Positions 17,825 to 29,232 of a stretch of 64,000 bases of DNA are shown piece by piece. The stretch comes from Capsulimonadaceae bacterium. Lineage in GTDB: Bacteria > Armatimonadota > Armatimonadia > Armatimonadales > Capsulimonadaceae. The first letter of the stretch is position 1, and every line of letters starts with the position of its first letter. A model generated the notes under the pieces. It worked only from the letters and a program-made list of their open reading frames with translations, made no database searches and had not been told where the DNA came from. The stretch is from assembly GCA_965215505.1 (NCBI GenBank), contig OZ244065.1:2592001-2656000 (forward strand). The letters are read 5' to 3'. The position numbers were made by a program, and so were the translations under genes.

Positions 17825-20338
17825 TCACGTCTTATCTTCCGTCCCCTGGACGCTGGGCTTTTCGGTGCCTCCCCCCAATAGAGCCTGGGTTTCAACCCGT
17901 GGCTCCTTCATCTCATCCTTCTTCTCCTCTTCGTCCTTCTCTGCCGCCGGCACTTCGAGCGTAACGGGGGGGAAGTCGCGGAAGCGGAACTGGTAGGTCC
18001 CGCCGGTCTTGGGCAGGCGGAAGGTGACGGCCAAGGGCGCGGCGAGGGCGCGGTCGTCCTTGGCGGGGGCGAAGCGGAAGGACCAGCCGGTTCCTTCGGC
18101 GAGGGCGGTCTGGCCCAGGACGACGACGGGGAGGCCGACGGGGCGGGCGGGGCGGCCCGGCGGGGCGGCGCGGGTGAGCGACAAGTCGGCAGGGGTGACG
18201 GTCAGCGTCCGGCGCGTCTCCGTCGTGTCGCGCAGGGTCAGGGCGACCTCGACGTGGCGGCGGCCCTCGTCGTCGCGCCCGGCGTAGGTCTCCAGTGTGG
18301 CCCCGGTCATGGTCAGCTCCCAGCCGTCGTGGACGATCTTGTCGCCGGCTCGGAAGGCGGTCTTCTGGCCCGCGCCGTGCAGGTGCTTGTCGAACCAGGC
18401 GAGGCAGCGGCGCAGCTCGTCCAGGCGGTGCTGCGGCTCGCCCAGGCCGTGGCCTTCGCGCGGGTAGTGGACGTATTCGACCGTTTTTCCCAGCAGGCGG
18501 AGGGCCTGGTACATCTCCTGGGAGTTCGCGATGAACGTATTCGGGTCGCCCTCGCCGTGCAGGATCAGCACGGGCGTGTTGATGTCCTGGAGGTAGGTGG
18601 AGGGGGAACGCTCGGCGTACAGCGCTGGCTCCTCCCAGGGGTAGCCGCCGAGATATTCGGTTTCCCAGCGCGGGGCCTGGGAGTTGGAGAAGTCCGTCAC
18701 GAGGGAGAAGATGCCGAACTGGGACACGGCGGCCTGGAAACGGTTCGTCCGGCTGATGAGCCAGTTGACGAGGTAGCCGCCGTAGGACGATCCGATGACG
18801 GCCACTTTGGAGCCGTCGGCGACGCCCTCTTTGATGACTTCGTCGATGCCGGCCAGCACGTCCACGGCGTCCCCGCCGCCCAGATCCTGGCGGCTGGCGG
18901 TGCTGAAGGCGTTGCCGTAGCCCTCGCTGCCCCGGTAGTTGGGGGACAGGACGGCGTAGCCCTCGGCGGCCCAGATTTGGGAGGCGGTGTAAGGCGAGAG
19001 TGCCTGGACGGTGCGGCCGTGCGGCCCGCCGTGCAGGGAGACGACGAGGGGGCATTTGGTGCCTTCCTCATAGTCCGGCGGCAGGGTCAGTAGGCCCTCG
19101 ATTGTCAGACCGTCGGGCGTCTCCCAGGTCAAGATGTCGGTGGGGGCGATGGCGTGGCCGTCCGCCCAATCGCCGTTGAGGTCGGTCAGGGCCTCGGCCT
19201 CTTTGGCACCCGGCGCGAGCCAGAGCAGCTCGGGGACGTCCGCTGCGCCGCTTGCGACCAGGGCCAGGCCGCCGTTGGGCGCGACGTGGTAGTCGTGGAG
19301 GTGCTGGTCGTCATCCGTCACCTGCTCCCACTGACCGCTCTCCGGGGCGGGGTCCAGGCGGAACACGACGGTCATGGTGCCGACGGCGGCGAGGGCGTAG
19401 ATGCGGCCCGCGCCGTCGGTCCAGACGCCGTGCCAGCCGGTCAGGTCGTGCGGGAAGTCCTGGGTCAGATTGACGGGGTGGCCGCCCTCGAGTGGCACGG
19501 CGTAGAGGTTCGGCTGGGAATACGAGAGGTCGGGGTCGAGCGGGGCGATGTAAAGGACCCGGTCGCCATCCCTGGTCCAAACAGGATGGAACTTGCCGCC
19601 CGGCCCGTCGGCGACCGGACGCGCCGCGCCGCTGCCGATGTCCACCACCCAGACGTCGCTCTTGTGGTAGTCGTTGACCTCGCCGGTGTAGTTTGTCGTG
19701 AAGGCGACGGTTTTGCCGTCGGGCGAGGCGGCGATCTCGCCGACGCCGTAGTCGCCCGCATGAACAAGTTTGGCCTTCTTCTTGTCCCGGTCTATCCGCC
19801 AGATCTGCTGCCTGAACTTTTCGAATCGCTCCACGACGGCATCGTCCTTGCGCTCCTGCTTGTCGTCGTGTTCGGTCTGCAAGGGCTTGGGGCGCGGCTC
19901 CTGGGCCAAATAGACGATGCCGGAGGAGTCGGGCAGCCAGTCGTAGTCCCCCACCCCTTCGGGCGCGTCGGTCAGCTTCTCGGACTCGCCGCCCCCGCCG
20001 TCCATCGGCAGCAGCCAGACCTGGACCTTCGGGTCGTCCTCGTCATAGTCGTCGCCCGCGTCCTCGTCCTCGCGGCTCGTGAGGAAGGCCAGCCACTTGC
20101 CGTCGGGGGACCAGCGCGGGTCGGTTTCGCTGTCCCGCCCGCGCGTCACCTGCCGGGGTTCGGCCTCGTCGCCTACCTTCGCGACGTACAGGTGCTGCAC
20201 GACGCTGTTGTCTTCCCAATCCGTCTCGCTGACGCCGTAGGCGATACGGACGCCGTCCGGCGCGGCCTGTACGTCACCCGGCATCTTCAGTTCCAGCAGT
20301 GCGCGCGGGGTGATCTTCTGCTTCCGTCGTTTTGCCAT
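17825..20338 (-). CDS. S9 family (acylaminoacyl/dipeptidyl) peptidase with extra C-terminal domain
   Basis: WSPDG propeller repeats, HGGPH, PNYRGSEGYG, GSSYGG nucleophile, ILHGEGD, YPREGH. Confidence 0.93.
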   Translation of the reverse strand: MAKRRKQKITPRALLELKMPGDVQAAPDGVRIAYGVSETDWEDNSVVQHLYVAKVGDEAEPRQVTRGRDSETDPRWSPDGKWLAFLTSREDEDAGDDYDEDDPKVQVWLLPMDGGGGESEKLTDAPEGVGDYDWLPDSSGIVYLAQEPRPKPLQTEHDDKQERKDDAVVERFEKFRQQIWRIDRDKKKAKLVHAGDYGVGEIAASPDGKTVAFTTNYTGEVNDYHKSDVWVVDIGSGAARPVADGPGGKFHPVWTRDGDRVLYIAPLDPDLSYSQPNLYAVPLEGGHPVNLTQDFPHDLTGWHGVWTDGAGRIYALAAVGTMTVVFRLDPAPESGQWEQVTDDDQHLHDYHVAPNGGLALVASGAADVPELLWLAPGAKEAEALTDLNGDWADGHAIAPTDILTWETPDGLTIEGLLTLPPDYEEGTKCPLVVSLHGGPHGRTVQALSPYTASQIWAAEGYAVLSPNYRGSEGYGNAFSTASRQDLGGGDAVDVLAGIDEVIKEGVADGSKVAVIGSSYGGYLVNWLISRTNRFQAAVSQFGIFSLVTDFSNSQAPRWETEYLGGYPWEEPALYAERSPSTYLQDINTPVLILHGEGDPNTFIANSQEMYQALRLLGKTVEYVHYPREGHGLGEPQHRLDELRRCLAWFDKHLHGAGQKTAFRAGDKIVHDGWELTMTGATLETYAGRDDEGRRHVEVALTLRDTTETRRTLTVTPADLSLTRAAPPGRPARPVGLPVVVLGQTALAEGTGWSFRFAPAKDDRALAAPLAVTFRLPKTGGTYQFRFRDFPPVTLEVPAAEKDEEEKKDEMKEPRVETQALLGGGTEKPSVQGTEDKT
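17841..17905 (-). repeat. TTGAAA-loop REP half element inside the peptidase 3' end
   Basis: Minus strand GAGCCACGGGTTGAAACCCAGGCTC plus inner motif GTCCCCTGGAC (17841-17851), which also occurs at 33874-33884. Confidence 0.6.
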
Positions 20339-20398
20339 AGGGGGAGATTGTACCCGCTTCCAGGCCCTGCCAGCACGACCCGCCCTGAATAGGCCGGG

Positions 20399-21592
20399 TC
20401 ACACCTGGTCCAGCGGCGCGACGTAGGGCTGCCGGGCGGGGAACAGGCGGTCCGCTAGGGCCAGGGTCGCGGGCGAGTCGCAGGCGATCAGGCCCCGCTC
20501 GGCGGCCTCGGAGGCGCTGCGGTAGCCAAGGTAGAGCTGGGCGAGGATGCGGATGTCGGCGCGCAGCCAGGCCGCATCGTGGTTCGTACCGAGGGCGACG
20601 CCGTCCGGGGCCAGGCGCAAGGGGCGCGTATTGGCGGGGCGGCCCGTATCCGTGGCGCGGATCGTCAGTGTGCGGCCCGCCTCGGCCAAGGCAGGAGCGT
20701 AGAGGGCGGGGTGGACGGCGGCGAGTGCGGCGGCGAGGTCCACGATCCGCAGCATAACGCCCGGCTCGGACGACCCGCCGCCCGGCAAGCCGGAGCGTTC
20801 CAGGAGGGCGGGGGCGGCGGGCCACTCGACGATCGGCTCGGGGCGGCAGGCGAGGTGGCCGGCCAGCCCGCGCCGGGCGGCCGGCGTCAGGCCGTGCATC
20901 TCCAGCAGGAACAGGCTCTCACGCCGCTCCCAGATCAGGTAGCCGAGGATTCGGAGGCCTTCACAATAAACGAACGTCTCGCGGCCCGGCACGGGCAGGC
21001 CGATCAGACGCCAGCGGCGGTCGTCGCGGACACTCGCCCCGGTCTCGGTGCAGGTCAGCTCGGCCTGGATTCGCCGGATCGCAGGCCAGTCGGATTGGGC
21101 GGCGGGCCGGACACGGGCGGCCTCGGGGTGCCGGGGTAGGGCGGAGGGCACGGCAGTCCAGCGGAGTGTCCGGGACGCGGTTTCCCAGCCGAAGCGGCGG
21201 TAGAAGGGGGCGGAAACGGGGTGCAGTTGGGACAGCGGGTAGCCCAGCTCGTCCCACAGGGCGGGCACGGTGGCTTCCAGGAGGGCGGCGGCGTGGCCCC
21301 GGCGGCGATATTCGGGCCGGGTGGCGACCCCGGCGATGCCGCCCGCCCCGACGGAGACGCCGCCGACCAGCAGCAGGGCGGGCACGACGGTGAGGCAGGA
21401 GACGATCCCCTCCGAGGGGGTGACGAGGACCCGCTTATGGGTCAGGTCGTAGTAAGGGTCGGCATGGAAGATGGGCCAGGCGGCCTCGGCGTTCAGGTCG
21501 AAAGCGGCGCAGAGGGTTTCGAGGACGGCTTCGGCTTCGGCGGGCCGGGCGGCGCGCGCGACCGGCGCTAGGGCGTGGTGGAGGCGGGCCAT
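20399..21592 (-). CDS. Eis-like GNAT acetyltransferase with SCP2-like C-terminus
   Basis: GIAGVATRPEYRRRGHA, FYRRFGWE, MLRIVD, LAQLYLGYRSA. Confidence 0.88.
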   Translation of the reverse strand: MARLHHALAPVARAARPAEAEAVLETLCAAFDLNAEAAWPIFHADPYYDLTHKRVLVTPSEGIVSCLTVVPALLLVGGVSVGAGGIAGVATRPEYRRRGHAAALLEATVPALWDELGYPLSQLHPVSAPFYRRFGWETASRTLRWTAVPSALPRHPEAARVRPAAQSDWPAIRRIQAELTCTETGASVRDDRRWRLIGLPVPGRETFVYCEGLRILGYLIWERRESLFLLEMHGLTPAARRGLAGHLACRPEPIVEWPAAPALLERSGLPGGGSSEPGVMLRIVDLAAALAAVHPALYAPALAEAGRTLTIRATDTGRPANTRPLRLAPDGVALGTNHDAAWLRADIRILAQLYLGYRSASEAAERGLIACDSPATLALADRLFPARQPYVAPLDQV

Positions 21593-22164
21593 TGGCTCAG
21601 GAACTGGGACGAGAGGGCGTCCCGCCGCAGAAGCAGAGTGGGATCATTGGTATAGAAGGAGAAGGCTTCGGCAAACCCTTCCTCGACGTCCGTCTGGGCA
21701 TAGGGAGTGACAAGGCGGCGCGCGGCCTTCTGCTTCCGGTAAAGGCCCTCGTAGCGCCGCCGGTCGTCCCGACTCAACAGGTTGAACCAGACGTAGTGCC
21801 CGTACTCGTGGGCGAAAGTGTACAGATCAGGCTGGCCCGAGGCGGGGATGCGGAGGGTGATGCGGTCCGGGTCCGGCTCGAAGACGCCGTCTATCTCGCC
21901 GTCGTCGGCGTGCGAACTCTGGTCCGGGCTGTCGTCACCGTCCCGGAGGTACGCCGCCATCTCGTCGTCGTTCAGGGGGCGGACTTCAAATCGCCCGCGT
22001 GCGGCGAAACGGGCGGGGATGTGGTGGGCGAACCAGCCCGTCAGCGACCGGGACGTGGGCGTGGCGGGGCCGGTAACGACGATCTGCGCCCCGGCCGCAT
22101 GCGCGGAGAACAGGAGGCCGGCCGCCAGGAGCGGGACGATGATCTGCGGGGGGACGCGCGACAT
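21568..22164 (-). CDS. Secreted zinc metallopeptidase (lethal-factor-like HEXXH)
   Basis: Signal peptide MSRVPPQIIVPLLAAGLLFSAHAAGA; FAHEYGHY; YAQTDVEEGFAEAF. This is the C-terminal part of the 550-aa track ORF. Confidence 0.78.
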   Translation of the reverse strand: MSRVPPQIIVPLLAAGLLFSAHAAGAQIVVTGPATPTSRSLTGWFAHHIPARFAARGRFEVRPLNDDEMAAYLRDGDDSPDQSSHADDGEIDGVFEPDPDRITLRIPASGQPDLYTFAHEYGHYVWFNLLSRDDRRRYEGLYRKQKAARRLVTPYAQTDVEEGFAEAFSFYTNDPTLLLRRDALSSQFLSQWPASTTP

Positions 22165-22362
22165 GCTTGATTTTACCATAGGTGTGCCGGTTACGCAAGA
22201 AGAATTACAAGAATTGTCGGGCCGACGGGGGCAGAAGTTCAGGGGACGCCGACGCCCTTGCGCGCGGGCGTAAGGCGTGGTACAATGGCACAAGCAAGCA
22301 ATCCGCACCACGCTTGGCTCCCCCCGGTCGTGCAGAGTCCCGCTCCGAGAAGGGTGGCCGAC

Positions 22363-22737
22363 ATGCCCAAGTCTTTTTTCTCCGATGACCCGCTGGCGGC
22401 AGCCGCTGAAGGCCGCCGCCCCGCCTCCGTCCTGCTCCTCCTGGTCGTCCCCTTCCTGGGGTTCATCCTGCTGGGCTTCGGGATGCATGCCCGGCCCGGT
22501 GCGGGCGCGTCGCCCCTGGCCCTGTCCGTGGACAGGCCGAGCCGCTGTGAGGGCCGGGCGCATCAGCTCGCCGCCATCGAGACGGCCCGCAGGAACGTCC
22601 TCCACTGGCGGCAGGAGAACTGCGGCAGCGCATCCAGTCCGCACAGCCGGGCGAAGCTGCGGGCCTGGGAAGACAACTACCGGGGGCGTCTCGAACTTTA
22701 TGCGCGCATGTACCCGCCACGGCGACATTCGGAATAG
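22363..22737 (+). CDS. Hypothetical single-TM protein
   Basis: Hydrophobic VLLLLVVPFLGFILLGFG; upstream TGGTACAAT -10; lies directly before recQ. Confidence 0.55.
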   Translation: MPKSFFSDDPLAAAAEGRRPASVLLLLVVPFLGFILLGFGMHARPGAGASPLALSVDRPSRCEGRAHQLAAIETARRNVLHWRQENCGSASSPHSRAKLRAWEDNYRGRLELYARMYPPRRHSE

Positions 22738-22761
22738 GCAACACTCGGAATAGGCAACACC

Positions 22762-24702
<1,941 letters not shown>

Positions 24703-24750
24703 GAAGGCGGGGGCAGGGCATCAGGAGCAGACAGGGCGGGGTCGGAAAGA

Positions 24751-24941
24751 AGGGCGGGGGGACCCCGCCCCTACACGGATGTGAAGGCATTGCGTAGGGA
24801 CAGGGCTTATCCTACCTTTTCGCTTGACGCAAGGCGGTTGCACATGACTGGGGGCAGGAGCAACCATAAGGGAGGGCAACCACAGGGGGGTTGCCCCTAC
24901 CGGGACTGGACTGCGTAGGGGCAGGCCCCCGTGCCTGCCCT
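24751..24941. repeat. Cluster of four GTAG-type REP elements in alternating orientation
   Basis: 24751-24774 (-) GTAGGGGCGGGGTCCCCCCGCCCT; 24794-24817 (+, degenerate); 24873-24900 (-) GTAGGGGCAACCCCCCTGTGGTTGCCCT; 24915-24941 (+) GTAGGGGCAGGCCCCCGTGCCTGCCCT. Confidence 0.8.
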
Positions 24942-24973
24942 TCCTTGCCCGTGTTTGCCGGACAACAGCCTCG

Positions 24974-27169
24974 TCACCGCCCAGCCGCCAGCGTCGCCGT
25001 CGGGGCGGGCAGGACGGCGGGTGGGGCGGAGGCTTGGGCGGTGGAGACGCCCTTCTCGCCGGGCGCGGGCGGGGCGATGCGCCACATTCCGTAGCACTGG
25101 CCGTTCACCCAGGCTTCGCGCGTGACGGGGTGAACGCGGATGGCGGAAACCTCGTGCGGGCCGTCGGCGAGGCCGGGGCGGAGGGGCGTGGTGACGGTCA
25201 GGTTCTCCCAGGTTTGGCCGCCGTCGAGGGAGCGGCAGACGGTGGATTTGTCGGCGTAGGTGTTGCGCGGGCCGCCGACGTAGACGACATTCGGGGCCTG
25301 CGGGTCGGTCGCCACTGTCCACACGCGGCTGTTGCCGAACTGGTCGCGGGGCGTGTCCAGGGTGGTCCAGGCGGTGCCGTCCCAGACCTTCAGCTTGTCC
25401 GACGAGGCGGCGTAGACCCGGTGCGCCTTCTCGTCTACGGCCAGGTCGGTCAGGCCGCCTTCCACGTCGGCGACCTTTTGCCAGGTCGCGCCGTGGTCGG
25501 CGGAGCGCACGACGCTGTCCCCCTTCTTGCCGTAGAGCGCCTGGGTGATGGGGCCGGAGATGAACACGCCGTCGCAGCCCGGCATCGGCAGCCAGGTCAG
25601 GCCCTTGTCGCCGGAGCGGAGGTTTGAGGCGAACAGGACGTTCGCGTCGGCGGGGTCACTCAGGGAGACGTCCGGGCCGGAGAAGGCGAGCGGCTTGCCG
25701 CCGGGGCCGGGGACGAACGCCCAGGTCTTGCCAGCGTCGCGCGACAGGCGCAGGCGGCGGGGGGGACCCCAGGATTCGGAATCGCCGCACCACATCACCT
25801 GGGCGTCCACGGCGTGCGCGCCGTACTCCTGGCCGCCCCAGCCCTTGCCGGAGATGTCCCGGTAGTTCCAGGTCTTACCGCCGTCGGTCGTGAACGCGCC
25901 GTTGTAGTCCTGGAAGCCGAGGAAAACGGTGTCGGGGGCGTGCGCGCTGAAGTTGAACAGGCCGCCGACCATGACGCCGTTGTAGCCGTTGTTGGACCAG
26001 TGAAAGGTCTTGCCGCCGTCAACCGACTTCGTCACCCAGTCCCCGCCCAGGCTGTAGGCGACGTTCGGGTCGGACGGACTCCAGGTGGCGTACCCCTGGC
26101 GGGCATTGTACGGCAGGGCGGCGTTCGCGCTGTCCAGGGTCACTTTCGCGAACGTCGCGCCGCCGTCCTGAGAGACGTAGCGCGTCCACTGCCAGTTGTC
26201 GCCGGCCACCCAGCAGAGCATCCGGCGCGGGTCGGCGGGCGAGACGGCGAGGTTCTGGACGGGCTTGCCGCCCAGGGTGTCCAGCCCGGCGCAGGCCAGG
26301 GCGGTCCAGGTCTTGCCGCCGTCGCGCGAAACGGCGGCTCGGTCCGCGCCGCTCGCGTAGACCGCGCCATCCGGCGCGAGCGACAGGCCGAAGGTGTCGG
26401 ACTCGCGGACGTGCGCCCAGGTCTGCCCTTTGTCGCGCGACAGGAAGACGCCGCCCGCGCCGCCGATCCAGACCGCCCCCGTTTGACCATTCACGGCCAG
26501 GCTCGCGGTTAGCCCGCCGCCCGCCGTCCAGTCCCGGTCCTTGATGCCGGGCGTCGGGCCGTCCCCGAGCCGCGCCCAGGACGCCCCGCCGTCGTCCGAC
26601 CGGAACAGGCCCTGGTGGGGGGCGAGGTAGTAGGCGGTCAGGCAATAGCCCCGCGTTGTGCTGTAGGAATGGGCGTCGTAGGCGACGGCCCCGCCGACGC
26701 CGGGTGTCGCAGACAGGACGTGCCGCCAGGACGCGGCCTTGTCTGTGGACAGGTACAGGCCGTGCGGGGAGGGTCCCCAGCCCCCATTCCACTCCATCGA
26801 GTTGCTGGCGACGCCGATGGCCCGGCGGGCGTTCTTGGGGTCAATGGCGAAGGCATTCGCGCCGCGCGCGTCCCACCCCACCATGCTGACCTCCCAGTGC
26901 GCGCCGCCGTCGAGACTGCGGTACAGGCCGCCGACATCAATGGGCAACAGCAGGAAGTTGGGGTCGGCGGGCGAGACGGCGACCGGCCCGCGCGGCCACT
27001 GCGCCCCCTCGCCGCCGGGGAAGACCCCCGCCGCCTTGGCCTGGGGCGTGAGGATGGGCATCTTGGTCCAGTGGGGGACGAAGGCGGGGGGCGGCGCGGG
27101 AGGCGCGGCGAGGGCGGGGGTGAGTGTCAGCCCCAGCAGCGCCATCGAGAGTGCAAGTGTCGCGTTCAT
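24974..27169 (-). CDS. Secreted BNR/Asp-box beta-propeller protein (GH74/sialidase-like)
   Basis: Signal peptide; many S-x-D-G-G-x-T/S-W repeats; IDVGGLYRS. Confidence 0.85.
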   Translation of the reverse strand: MNATLALSMALLGLTLTPALAAPPAPPPAFVPHWTKMPILTPQAKAAGVFPGGEGAQWPRGPVAVSPADPNFLLLPIDVGGLYRSLDGGAHWEVSMVGWDARGANAFAIDPKNARRAIGVASNSMEWNGGWGPSPHGLYLSTDKAASWRHVLSATPGVGGAVAYDAHSYSTTRGYCLTAYYLAPHQGLFRSDDGGASWARLGDGPTPGIKDRDWTAGGGLTASLAVNGQTGAVWIGGAGGVFLSRDKGQTWAHVRESDTFGLSLAPDGAVYASGADRAAVSRDGGKTWTALACAGLDTLGGKPVQNLAVSPADPRRMLCWVAGDNWQWTRYVSQDGGATFAKVTLDSANAALPYNARQGYATWSPSDPNVAYSLGGDWVTKSVDGGKTFHWSNNGYNGVMVGGLFNFSAHAPDTVFLGFQDYNGAFTTDGGKTWNYRDISGKGWGGQEYGAHAVDAQVMWCGDSESWGPPRRLRLSRDAGKTWAFVPGPGGKPLAFSGPDVSLSDPADANVLFASNLRSGDKGLTWLPMPGCDGVFISGPITQALYGKKGDSVVRSADHGATWQKVADVEGGLTDLAVDEKAHRVYAASSDKLKVWDGTAWTTLDTPRDQFGNSRVWTVATDPQAPNVVYVGGPRNTYADKSTVCRSLDGGQTWENLTVTTPLRPGLADGPHEVSAIRVHPVTREAWVNGQCYGMWRIAPPAPGEKGVSTAQASAPPAVLPAPTATLAAGR

Positions 27170-27258
27170 GCACCGATTTTATCAGCGTGGCGGGATTTTG
27201 TCAAGGCGGGCGGTTGAAACCGCGCCATGCGGTTCGGGCCGCGTCGGGCCATGCGGTC

Positions 27259-27358
27259 CGGGCCGTGCCGCGTCGGGCCGTGCCGCGTCGGGCCGTGCCG
27301 CGTCGGGCCGTGCCGCGTCGGGCCGTGCCGCGTCGGGCCGTGCCGCGTCGGGCCGTGC
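27259..27358 (+). repeat. Tandem repeat, 15-bp unit x6 plus partial
   Basis: CGGGCCGTGCCGCGT six perfect copies, running into the left arm of the REP doublet. Confidence 0.95.
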
Positions 27359-27494
27359 GTTGAAACGCACGGCTAGACGGCGAAGACGCCACGAAGTACC
27401 GCTTCGCGGCACTAGGAACGACCATCCTTAGCCCCGCGAAGCGCGGGCTTGTCGGCGTCCGCGCCGTTTAGCCGTGCGTTTCAACGCATGGTCC
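27350..27494. repeat. TTGAAA-loop REP doublet (REPIN/MITE-like hairpin)
   Basis: Left GCCGTGCGTTGAAACGCACGGCTAGACGGCG; right CGCCGTTTAGCCGTGCGTTTCAACGCATGG; inner CCGCTTCGCGG / CCGCGAAGCG. Confidence 0.85.
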
Positions 27495-27557
27495 CGCACC
27501 CCATTTTGTAATGCGCCGCCCCGCGTGGTATAATAGCCCAATCTTTCCGCGCGCATC

Positions 27558-29207
27558 GTGCCGCATCCCGACAGGAGTGACCTTCTTTTGACCTCCCGCT
27601 TTCGCCTGACCCCTCTGCTGCTGATCGCCACGGGCCTGACCCTCGCCGCCGGCTGCGGCCACAAGGACGGCGCGGCCACGGGCGGCACGGGCAACGTCTT
27701 CCGCTACCCGATCAAGACCTCGCCCACGACTTTTGACCCCGCCATGGTGCAGGATGGGGACACGATTGACCTGCTCCAGCAGGCATTTGAAGGGCTGGTG
27801 CAGTGGTCGCCGGATAATAAAGTCGTGCCGTGCCTGGCCGCCAAGTGGGACGTGAGCAAGGACGGCCTCACTTACACCTTCCACCTGCGCCCGAATGTCA
27901 AGTTCCAGGATGGGGCATCCGTTTCCGCCTCGGACGTGGCGTACTCCATGACGCGCGCGCTTAACCCGAAGCTCGGCTCGCCGGTCGCCCTCAACTATTT
28001 GGGAGACATCGTGGGGGCCAAAGAGGTCAGCACGGGCAAGGCGGCGGACCTGAAGGGCGTCAAGGTGGTTGACCCTATGACGGTCGCCATCACGATCACC
28101 AAGCCCAAAGCCTACTGGATCTACACGCTGACCTACCCCACCGACTATGTGGTGTCCAAGGCCGAGGCGCGGCCCGACGCCGCCCTGACCGACGCGGACC
28201 TTGCCAAAGGGCCGGGGACGGGGCCGTTCAAGGTGACGAACTATGTGCGCGACTCCAAAGTGACCCTCGCCGCGAACCCCGCGTATTGGGACGGGGCACC
28301 GAAGATCGCGGGCATCGAGCGGCCCGTCGTGGTGGATGCCGGGACGCGGCACGACATGTACGTCAAGGGCGACGTGGACATGCTCCAGTTCGTCTCGCCG
28401 GGCGACCTGGACAACGACGCCAAGGACCCCGCCTTGAAGGACCAGGTGAAGCTGTTCCCCCGCGCTGCCACCTACTACATCGGCCTGAACCAGAAGGCGT
28501 ACCCGGCCTTCAAGGACGTGCGCGTCCGGCAGGCCCTGGCCTACGCCACCGACAAGCAGAAGATCATCCAAGTGGTCTTCGCGGGCAAGCGCGATCTGGC
28601 CGAGGACATCCTGCCCAAAGGCATCCCCGGCTTCGACCCCGCCTTCAAGGGCCTGCCCTATGACCCGGCCAAGGCCAAAGCCCTGCTGGCGGCGGCGGGC
28701 TACCCGAACGGGAAGGGCCTGCCGCCCGTCCCAGTCTTCTACCGCCAGTCCCAGCCCGAGCTGCAAAAGACGGTCGCCCTGGTCCAGCAGATGTGGAGCG
28801 ACAATCTGGGCGTCGAGGTCAAGGCCCAGGTGACCGAATGGGGTTCCATGCTCGACCAGGAGAACAAGAACGCGCTCCCGTGCTACCACATGCGCTGGGC
28901 CGCCGACTATCTGGACCCCCAGGACTATTATTCGGTCCTGCTGCGGACGGCGGCCCCCGAGGACCATGTCGTCTACTCCAACCCCAAGTTCGACGCCCTC
29001 TGCGACGCCGCCGATGTCTCGCAGAACCCCGCGCAGCGCAGCGCCCTCTACCGCCAGGCCGCCCGCATCGCCGCCGACGAGGTGCCGATGATCCCGCTCT
29101 ACTACCAGCAGGACGTCGAGCTGATCAAGCCCGGCGTCTCCGGGATTGATGACGGCCTGATGGGACACCTCCCGTACAAACACCTCACCCTCGCAACGGC
29201 GCGATAG
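27558..29207 (+). CDS. Oligopeptide ABC transporter substrate-binding lipoprotein (OppA-like)
   Basis: LAAGC lipobox, FEGLVQW, WDVSKDGLTYTFHLR, GTGPFK, WAADYLDPQD. Confidence 0.93.
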   Translation: MPHPDRSDLLLTSRFRLTPLLLIATGLTLAAGCGHKDGAATGGTGNVFRYPIKTSPTTFDPAMVQDGDTIDLLQQAFEGLVQWSPDNKVVPCLAAKWDVSKDGLTYTFHLRPNVKFQDGASVSASDVAYSMTRALNPKLGSPVALNYLGDIVGAKEVSTGKAADLKGVKVVDPMTVAITITKPKAYWIYTLTYPTDYVVSKAEARPDAALTDADLAKGPGTGPFKVTNYVRDSKVTLAANPAYWDGAPKIAGIERPVVVDAGTRHDMYVKGDVDMLQFVSPGDLDNDAKDPALKDQVKLFPRAATYYIGLNQKAYPAFKDVRVRQALAYATDKQKIIQVVFAGKRDLAEDILPKGIPGFDPAFKGLPYDPAKAKALLAAAGYPNGKGLPPVPVFYRQSQPELQKTVALVQQMWSDNLGVEVKAQVTEWGSMLDQENKNALPCYHMRWAADYLDPQDYYSVLLRTAAPEDHVVYSNPKFDALCDAADVSQNPAQRSALYRQAARIAADEVPMIPLYYQQDVELIKPGVSGIDDGLMGHLPYKHLTLATAR

Positions 29208-29232
29208 TTCCGACCCGACAGAAAGACGTGCC

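Noticed and set aside
27259-27494. Possible CRISPR array (repeats plus GTTGAAAC, which resembles CRISPR repeat ends)
   Set aside because: Units are head-to-tail with no spacers, GTTGAAAC lies in inverted REP arms, and no cas genes are present. The same applies to the arrays at 33121, 46426 and 53110.
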